A stretch of 45,749 nucleotides of DNA, the filler included, from Jimgerdemannia flammicorona (lineage: Eukaryota), in assembly GCA_003990765.1 (NCBI GenBank). It is 2 parts of 2 records of this genome, joined end to end, with 100 filler letters (N's around TTAATTAATTAA, not from the genome) between each part and the next. Parts side by side here need not be neighbours in the genome. Positions count along the whole stretch, not along the records: positions 22,926 to 45,749 come from RBNJ01001199.1; 1 more part is not named here. One strand, given 5' to 3'. Numbering within the stretch: position 1 is the stretch's first letter; the number at the start of each line of letters is the position of its first letter. Made by a program: the position numbers and the translations under genes. Under the pieces are notes generated by a model that had not been told where the DNA came from, did no database searches, and worked only from the letters and a program-made list of their open reading frames with translations. Positions 37,879-45,749 of the stretch are shown here, piece by piece.

Positions 37879-39432
37879 CTACTTTCCTTTTCCTCCTTTT
37901 TCTCCTTTTTCTACGCTCTTCTCGACGACAATGTATTCCCTGAACCCTGTTTTGAGTACACCATTCGGCGCGATGCCGCTAGAGGACGCGGATGAGGACG
38001 ATTCATCGACGATTGGCGACTTGGTGACGGTGGCTGGGGGAGGGTAAAGAATGTTCTCATAGAAATTTTCGACTGTGAAGGTCTCATGTTCGCAAATAAT
38101 CTTGAGATGCGTATTCGTAGAGAGTTTCTTTATACGAGTGCGTTGGAGGTTCGGCCTGTTCTTCTGGGCGTAGATAGTTACGTCGTCAACGAGGCCCTCC
38201 TTGATGCGGTGGAGGAACACATTTGCAAGCTTGACGAAGCCGTTGATGGTGACGTTGGGGCAGTCGGAGATCGCAAAAATAATGATCCGTTTGGGGAGGA
38301 GGGATTTGGCCTCTGGTACCTCCCCGTCCCCCTCCTTCTTGTTCTCCTTACCCTTTTTGTTCTTCTTGCCCCCCTTGCCCTTCTTGTTCTCCTTGCTCCC
38401 ATTGGTCCCCCTGTTCTCCTTGTCCTCACCGTTCTCCTGGTTTTCCTTGTTCTCCAGGTTTTCCTTGTTCTCCATATTGGTTGTGGTGCCGCGCTTGCTC
38501 GCTACGAGCATGTTGATGGCCTCGTCGTTAAACGAAGAACGGGAAACGTTCACGTAGCGGAGATTGCCGCAGTCCATGATCACGTCGGCAAGGACGTTGC
38601 CTGCGATCTGCCTGCAGCCGGCCAGGACGAGGCACTCGAGGGAGTTGAGGTTGCCATAGCATTTGAGGATCGCGGGGTTCGAAATGCGGAAACAGTTATT
38701 GAACTCGAGGATCTTGAGGTTCTGTATGTGCTCGCCGATGGAGCGGAGGGTACCGTCGGCGACGCGGTCACGGAAGGGTGGGTTGATCTGTTTACGTACT
38801 ATGCGGAGGACCTTGAGATTGCGAAGAATTTTGAAAAGCTCTGTGTGCTGATGTTCGTCGATGCCCTGAACGTCGATGAGCTCGAGATGGGTCAGGTTGG
38901 GCCAGCGCCGGGCGGCGTGGATGAAGGATCTGCCAAAGAGGCGTTTGCGATGGTGCAGCACGATCTTCTTGAGGTCCTGCATGTGAAGGGACATGGAATT
39001 GATGACGGCATCGTTTACCCAATTTGGGGGGCACTTTCCGGCAAAGAAGGTCTCGACGTTGGGACAGGCTGCAACAAGACTGCAGAGGTCTGTCTCCGTG
39101 TTGAAGGGGCCAGACAATCCCCACAGGGTAAGTGTGCGCGCGTAGTTGCCGAGGAGAGGGTCCTTCTTGACCTTGTCCAAATACATCCCTATTCTATCGT
39201 ATTTGATGAACTTAACGTGCTTGTATAGTAATTTTATGGCCGGTTGACTCCAGCTCTTCTCGACGAAGGCAAACTTGAGCATGTTCTTGGCGTAGTCCTT
39301 GTCGACAGGGATGTGATCGAGCACCAGACCGGCGACCTCCACGGGAAAGTGGCACGGTTTTGCTAAGAGCTCGTCATGGTCGTGGACCGTCTTATTCTTC
39401 TTGGAGCGGCGCTTCTTGTGACTTTTTCGCAT
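37879..39432 (-). CDS. F-box / RNI-like leucine-rich-repeat protein, intronless, 517 aa
   Basis: F-box-like FPVEVAGLVLDHI...FVEKSWSQPAIKLLY. Cys-containing LRRs (CPNVETF, WPNLTHLEL, LKILEFNNCFRIS, CGNLRYVNVS). Basic N-terminus. Confidence 0.8.
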   Translation of the reverse strand: MRKSHKKRRSKKNKTVHDHDELLAKPCHFPVEVAGLVLDHIPVDKDYAKNMLKFAFVEKSWSQPAIKLLYKHVKFIKYDRIGMYLDKVKKDPLLGNYARTLTLWGLSGPFNTETDLCSLVAACPNVETFFAGKCPPNWVNDAVINSMSLHMQDLKKIVLHHRKRLFGRSFIHAARRWPNLTHLELIDVQGIDEHQHTELFKILRNLKVLRIVRKQINPPFRDRVADGTLRSIGEHIQNLKILEFNNCFRISNPAILKCYGNLNSLECLVLAGCRQIAGNVLADVIMDCGNLRYVNVSRSSFNDEAINMLVASKRGTTTNMENKENLENKENQENGEDKENRGTNGSKENKKGKGGKKNKKGKENKKEGDGEVPEAKSLLPKRIIIFAISDCPNVTINGFVKLANVFLHRIKEGLVDDVTIYAQKNRPNLQRTRIKKLSTNTHLKIICEHETFTVENFYENILYPPPATVTKSPIVDESSSSASSSGIAPNGVLKTGFREYIVVEKSVEKGEKGGKGK

Positions 39433-42400
39433 TTTGTTTGTTTGTTTGTTTGTTTTTGGGAAGGACCGGGGTCCCTGTCTCTCTTGCTGGTCAAGTAGAT
39501 GGTACTGATAGCAGTAGTCTCAGGGAGAGTAGAAGACTATTTGGTATAGACATCTACCTAGCTGAAAAGCCCTCTCTTGGTGATTTCTTTCTTGGGAATA
39601 ATGGGGATTGTACTGGGTCCTTCTTCCATATTCCAGGGGTCATTATCTTCAGATGGTGTCCAGTAGAGGTCATCCCAGGAAATGAGTTCAGGGATCTCTT
39701 CTTCTTCAGGTACTTCTTGTTCAGAAACTTCTTGGTCTGGAGCTTCTTCTTTCTCAGATGATTCTTGTTCCCAAATTGTCTGTACTTCTGCAGCTTCAGC
39801 TGCAGGTGTTTCTGGAACATGTCAGCATTTCTTCTTCTTCTTCCTGCACTTGGGAAAGGCTGTTCCAGGCGAATTCCTTGTCCCAATGATCTTGGAGGAG
39901 TGCTTAGGATACTTATATCTCTTGAGACAGATAGGGTATTCTTTGATTTCTCTTGCAATGGCTCCAATGGTAATGGGAATTGTATTCTTGGCCCATATAT
40001 TGTCTTCTGGCCTATCATTCACTAGGTTGATCTGTGGATTAAATCTGGGATCATTTCCATCTTCAGATTCTTTCTCCTCTTCTGTGGTAAATTCTTTGCT
40101 GCTGGCATATTTCTTCTGAATGGTAACCTTCTTCTTCTTCTTTGATTGATCATAACTGGTCACCTTAACTCAGTACTTTTTGCCTCAGTAGTCAAACCTG
40201 AGTACTTATTGACCAATATCAACAACTGCATTCATTTTCTTCATTCAGTTGGTGTCAAGGATCATGTCATAGATGACAGCTTTAGTGACAATAGCTTTTA
40301 GGATAGAGAACTAAATGTGTCTAAGAAAAATAGTAATGTTTTATACTTCTCCAAGGGGTTGAGTTCAGGCTCCATCTGCTACTATAATGCTAAGATTAGA
40401 TGGTCCATCAATGGGCTATTGGAGGGTATCCAGGAATTATTTTGTAATGATACAGACAGCTGCTCCTATATCAATGAGAATTTTTGTCTTTTATCCTCCA
40501 ATATCTCCATGTAGGTAGGTGCTGATATGTCTTTCTACAACTTGGATGGATATGGGAGCTGGCTCTTGCTGTAGAATGGGGACCCAGCCAGTGCTAGACC
40601 TAGTGGTCCTTAGTAATTTATTTCAGACTCTAGCTAGTATCAGTTACAGAAACTGCAAGAGAGAGACTTCTATCTTAGCTTCTTGGATCTTCTGCCAGGC
40701 TTCATTGTAGATGCCTCTGGATATAGGTTTTGGGATATACTTCTTCTTGGACTTTAGGGCAGTAGGTTTCTGTTCTTCTTGCTCCATTTCTTCATCCTCT
40801 GGTGGTAGCTCATTTGTCTCAGAGACAAAAGGTAAGGGAGTCTGGAGAGATGTTTCTATCTGCTCTTCCTCATGTTCTTCATCTTCTTCTTAGATGATTC
40901 TTCTGCTGATATTCCTGGATGGCCTTTCTATGGGTCTCTTTCTTTTCTCTGCCAGGTAGACTGTTTTTCATATGCTAACTTTGACTAGGTACAAGTCTAG
41001 GTCACTGTAGTCTTCACTGTTACATTCTTCTTTAAAGCCTTCAATGGGATGGGCTATAACCTTCTTGTACTGAGTTTCATTTCTTTGGTTGGGTGGTTTG
41101 GAGTCCCTTTGGTCACTTCTTTTGTTATCACATTCAGTGGCATAGTGTCCAAACTGTCTACAGTAGAAGTATTGGACTTGGGCTCTGTCTCAGACAGAGT
41201 ATCTTCTTTTCTCTTACTGGTAGTTCCTGTTATCTCTTGGTGGATAACCTTGGCTCCTCTGAGATGGGTATCCTTTGTTATCTTAATAACTCTGATTTTC
41301 ATATATGGTAAGTTTTTCAATCTGTCCAACCAATCAGTCTAACTTGGAACTAAGGTTCTAGATTTCACTCCTGTCCTTCTTTCCTTCTTTGACTGGTCTT
41401 CTTTCTTTAGATCACTCTTGTCCTTGAAGGAGTCCTTGTAGGGCTTTGATCAGGATATCTTCTTTATTATTCTTTTTGTCATGGTCACTCCAGATAGTTT
41501 CTTGTCTGACATTAAAGAATCCTTGGGCTGCATCAACTTGCTCTTTAGACCTTCTAATGTCTAGAGTACAGATATGCTGGGTAATGTTTGGGAGAATTCC
41601 ATTCATGAAGATCATTGAACCTATGATGTCTTGGTTTGTGGTATTGAACTCAGCTATATGCATTCTCTTTTAGATTCTTATAAAGAAGGCTCTGGGCAAT
41701 TCTCCAAGATTCATCTTCATCTCTATGATAGATTCTTGAGCCTTGTGGTAGGTTTCATTTCTTGCATATTTTTTAATGAGCCAGTGGACCATAACTATAT
41801 ATTCCAGCTCATAGGATACTGCTGTTTGTATTTGTATTACCAGTTCTAAGTGTGGGTCATTTGTTGTTTGGTGAAAAATTCCTCTGGCTGGCTCTCTGAG
41901 TTGGACCTTGTAGATGGTGATTTTTCTTTCATCTGAGAGATTTCTCAGAGCTACAATTCCCTCAATTCTATCAAGGAATTCTCTAGGATCTTCCTCTAGA
42001 TATCCTGTAAAGGTTGGCAGTGAGGTGGCTATTTCATTGTCACTTTCTTCTGATTTCTAGTTCTGGTCCAGATTCTGGTTCAGATTCTAATTCTAATTCA
42101 CTTTCTGAACTATCACTGGAAATGGAAGTGCTTGGGTATCTTGAGGATGGTGTTCTGGACCTTGGGCGAAGTGGAGTGAGCCTAGGTATTCTTGAAGGAA
42201 CTGTTTCCAGTTCTGCAAGGACTGGTGGTAAGAGTTCAATAGATGATATTGGCAGAACTGCTGTGAGGTATCTGGCTGTATAATTTTGAGCTTGTATAAT
42301 AAGATCTTCTAGTTCTTGGGCAAGTTCTCCAAAGTCTCTAACAGAGTTGTCTATATTGTCTAGTTGATCTAATTGAGGATTTTGAGCTATACTGATTTCA

Positions 42401-42567
42401 GGTTGGGATCCTTCTGATGCTGGATAGTTGGCAAGTCTTAAGGTAATTACTTCTCTTCTTATCCAGATGCTGGTAATAACTAGTTCTCCTATGGTAGTGT
42501 TGTATCAATGTATCCAGTTTGGCTATGAGTTCTTGTGAGCTGAAAAGTTATATCAATTTTGAAATCT

Positions 42568-42584
42568 TTCCAGTTGAACCCCCA
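42568..42584 (-). other. primer-binding site, tRNA-Pro-like
   Basis: TGGGGGTTCAACTGGAA versus the classical Pro PBS TGGGGGCTCGTCCGGGA: 12/17 match, and 4 of the 5 mismatches are C-to-T or G-to-A. It lies 2 nt after the putative LTR end. Confidence 0.5.
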
Positions 42585-42586
42585 AA

Positions 42587-43949
42587 TATAATATGCCTGG
42601 CTCAATGGAGGTAAATTACAAGGTTGGGGGTTGGTGTAGTTTGGCTTGAGCCCTCAGTTACTTTGTTAAAAGCAATAAAATATCCTTAGTATTTAGTGGT
42701 ATAATAGTCAAAGCTGGATATTTGTGAGTGATTTGTATGTTGATTTCCTAATTGGAATAGTTCTCTGGGCATAGTGGTGATTTGTATATAGGTGACAGTC
42801 TAATAATCTAGTGGTTTTCCTTATGCAATTTCTATATAATGATCTTATATAGTATGGCAGGTTCCTTATGTATAATGATCTGGCAATTTAGTGGTTTCCT
42901 TATGTATGTATAACAATCTGGCAATTTGGCAGTTTCCTTATATATAACAATCTGACAATTTGGTGGTTTTTCTTTTTAAGTAATGAGCAATCTCTATATA
43001 GTATGACAATCTCCAAAAGTATGCAATTTCTGGCAGATGACTTAATTTGGTATAAATTTCCCTGAATCAGCTTATTGAGAATTGTACTGGTATGGATTCT
43101 TCTTCACTAGGAATAGATGGATAACTCAGATGTCACAGATTCTTAGCAAGTTATATCAAAGACTAGCTTCATTTGTATAGAGTTATATTATTAGACTGAC
43201 TCTACTGTAAAGTTGCATCAGATAGTCTGGCTTGTAGCAAGGTTCCTTAAAGTGGACTCTCTGGAAATATAGATAACTTAGAAATGGCAGTGAAGTTCTT
43301 TTTTGAACTTTGGTGGCAAATCTTCAGGCTTATCTGGTAATTGAATCAAAAACATAGCAACTTATTCCTTAAGTAGCAGATTTTACTTCAAAAGGCAATG
43401 AAGTACTTTCTTGAACTTGGTAGCAAATCTTCAGGCTTATCTGGCAAGTAAATAAAAAATATAGTAGCTTATTTCTTAAGTGACAGATTTCTCTTCAAAA
43501 GGTGGTGAAGTTCTTTCTTGAACTTGGCAGCAAATCTTCAGGCTTATCTGACAAGTAAACTAAGACTTTATATTGAAAAGTAGACCAGAGTGGAAAGGGG
43601 ACCAATGCTCAATCTTTAGAGGCTTCTTTGGTGTTTGTATTTTAGACTGAGGTTTATTCACTCTTGTCTTTGGAATATTTTATACATTATAATTACTATC
43701 TGGTTACTATATTGCTAATTATAGACTGCTATCTATAGCAGATATACTGATTCAGCACAGGTGTACTAGTTCAGTACAGGTGTACTAGTTCAGCATAGGT
43801 GTGCAGATTCAGCACAAGTATATCTTATCTGATAGTTTGACTATTTATATAGTTTTCCAAAGTAATAGTTGCTGTATCTGGTTACTATACTAAGTGTTCA
43901 CATCATCTGACTAAGTTATAACTCAGGTGGTACATTTTGATTTGTCACA
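42587..43949 (-). repeat. putative 5' LTR (~1.36 kb) with internal tandem repeats
   Basis: Starts TGTGACA on the minus strand (43949) and ends TTATA (decayed TTACA) next to the PBS. Non-coding. Contains ~35-39-bp, 107-bp and 19-bp tandem arrays. Confidence 0.5.
43281..43559. repeat. 107-bp tandem repeat (~2.6 copies) inside the putative LTR
   Basis: GCAAATCTTCAGGCTTATCTG starts at 43316, 43423 and 43530. Confidence 0.85.
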
Positions 43950-43954
43950 CTACT

Positions 43955-44300
43955 AATATCTGGATCTTTCAATTGGATCAATACTTTGAACTTACAAAAA
44001 TAGAGACAGATATGCAAGTCTAATTTACTACTATACTTCTTTAAGAAAATACTACTATTTAGTAATATAATTATAATATGACTACTATATCTTATTGCAG
44101 AATAAGAATTAAAGATTGAGTAATATTTAAAAAAACTCTTTATAAGTAATTCAAGCTTGCTAATATTATCAAACTAGTTAGAGATAGACTAGTAAATATC
44201 AAGTAACTCAAGTCTATATAAAGTTACAATATATAATTTCTATTAATTCCTTTAGAACTACCTGATATTATAGAAGATAAAAGATAGACCATTAGTTCCT
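43955..44300 (+). pseudogene. older Ty3/gypsy gag (retrotrans_gag) fragment
   Basis: WIFQLDQYFELT...V*FTTILL*ENTTI**...IKD*VIFKKTL...VRDRLVNIK*...SI*SYN...LELPD. The stops fall at expected W/Q/R positions. Confidence 0.65.
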
Positions 44301-44559
44301 TTCTCTACTACTATAAGATATCAGTAAGCAACTATCTAGATCTCTTTTCCTCTAACTTTATCCTCTCTACTCTAGTATAGTTTGTTATATCTGTTAAAGG
44401 ATAGTAAAAGAAAGATAATAATATTGAGTTGTCTCTTTATTATTATCTAATTAGTGCATTCTCTATTTTTTTATAGTTTTTTTAGTATCTCTAGCTATAT
44501 TTAAAATATACTTATTTTGATATAATATCTTCTTTATTTTACTATTATCAACTAAGTAT

Positions 44560-45749
44560 AGTGCCCCACCCCCTTTCTATGCTACCTTACCAGTTACAAT
44601 GGTTTGGTAGGCAACCTTCCAAGTATACTTTCTATAATTATTACCCCCTCTACCTCAGGTTGGTTTGCTGTACCTGTTACAGGGCAGAGGGAGGGAGGCA
44701 ATAGTGATAAGTTGCCCCTTCATCAGTGTCAGATTGGTGTCTTCTCTACTTTTTCACAGTTTCTGGTATCTTTAGCTGTATCTGGAGTGCATCTGTTTTG
44801 GTACAGCACCTTCTTCCTTTTGCTGTCACCAACAAGATGCTGTCTCAGTATGTCTTGGGCTATGTAGGGAGTCGGCTGACCTTAGGCATCAAGTGCTTAG
44901 TATAGATTACCTGCAGGTCCTCAGTGTCTGTAGTGGGGCTCTCTGGCTTTGGCGAGCTTCCCAGCAAGCATGGTTCTGGTGTAGGTGACTGCTTTTCAGG
45001 TGTTGTCAGGTTGGGAGGGGAGATGGGCATCACAGATAGGAGAAAGGGCAATTATGGTGAATCAGTAGGGTGCCAGACTGGGGACAGTTGTCAGGAGCTG
45101 GGGCAGGTGCTGCTTTGATGGGGCCTTTTGATTGGTGTGACATGGTTAGGTGGTAGGTATCACTCTCAGCTTCTTTTGGTGATTTGGCAGATTGGGCCCC
45201 AGTTGTCAGGAAGGGTCAGGGGGCCTGAGGCTACTCATTTCAGGTGTCTTGGCTGCACTCAACTGGAACCAGGAGCTGATGTAGCAATGTGATCAAGACC
45301 TGCAGACTTGAGTAGTGGGGTATTGGGGGTCTCCTCCCACCTCATATATAAGTCCTTTACTCACCTTAACTGGGAGAACCAGGCTCTACCCACCATGTTG
45401 TACTTTGATAAGAGTTTTTTTCTTTACCTATTATTCTCTTTAGAGTGGCAGGGGCTATTCTATTTGGCTCAGATATGACCTTGTACATATATTGAGTTCT
45501 CAGACATATGCTTTTGGTCATTAGCATATGGTTGGGTTTCCCCTGATGGTAGGGAGAGTATGGTATATATAATGAGATATGGGCTGCCATAGGCCCTACT
45601 GTATCTGGTATGGTCAAGCTGCTAGACAATAGCTAGCCTAGATTAATGAGGGGGCAGTACTTGATGGGTGGTGGGGGAGGGTTTTGGCCTATATAGTCTA
45701 GGTTCCCTTCCAATAAAAATCCACAGGATATTGAGTCTATTAAAAAAAA
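44560..45749. mobile_element. unclassified CpG-depleted repeat fragment
   Basis: Moderate GC yet almost no CpG; broken Pro/Ser-rich frames on the minus strand; no diagnostic motif. Confidence 0.35.

Larger units (their letters stand above)
39470..43949 (-). mobile_element. Ty3/gypsy-like LTR retrotransposon remnant (5' LTR, PBS, gag, protease; RT/IN and 3' LTR not found)
   Basis: Gag-like LPTFTGYLEEDPREFL (~42010). Retropepsin ILIDIGAAVCII (decayed DTG, 40470) with ADG and DMILDTN. CpG-depleted, many stops. Confidence 0.75.

Noticed and set aside
38086..39228. 380-aa antisense ORF over the F-box gene
   Set aside because: Codon-register shadow typical of high-GC3 genes; no motifs.

Overview
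Eukaryotic, intron-rich fungal DNA. Gene content and architecture suggest Mucoromycota, possibly Endogonales; this is an inference, not a database result. The window is two blocks joined by an artificial 100-bp N/TTAATTAATTAA/N linker (22826-22925), so their adjacency is unproven. Left block: one intact 8-exon GMC oxidoreductase gene (minus strand) with a small MITE upstream. It sits among heavily C-to-T/G-to-A decayed repeats, including an L1/Tx1-type LINE with a second, 3'-truncated copy nested in its RT domain, a 9-bp minisatellite and pseudogene fragments. Right block: a compact run of host genes (PET127, PEP7/VAC1, a SUR7/PalI-family membrane protein, COG1, CDC26 and an intronless F-box/LRR gene), followed by nested Ty3/gypsy remnants (gag, retropepsin, PBS, LTR). 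No CRISPR, rRNA or tRNA genes were seen. No complete novel system can be demonstrated. The best leads are: repeat hypermutation that extends beyond CpG; a five-KEN-motif F-box/LRR protein lying tail-to-tail with the APC/C subunit CDC26; a putatively myristoylated GMC oxidoreductase with a ~113-aa N-terminal extension; and a TSD-flanked LINE insertion lacking its 3' half and poly(A).
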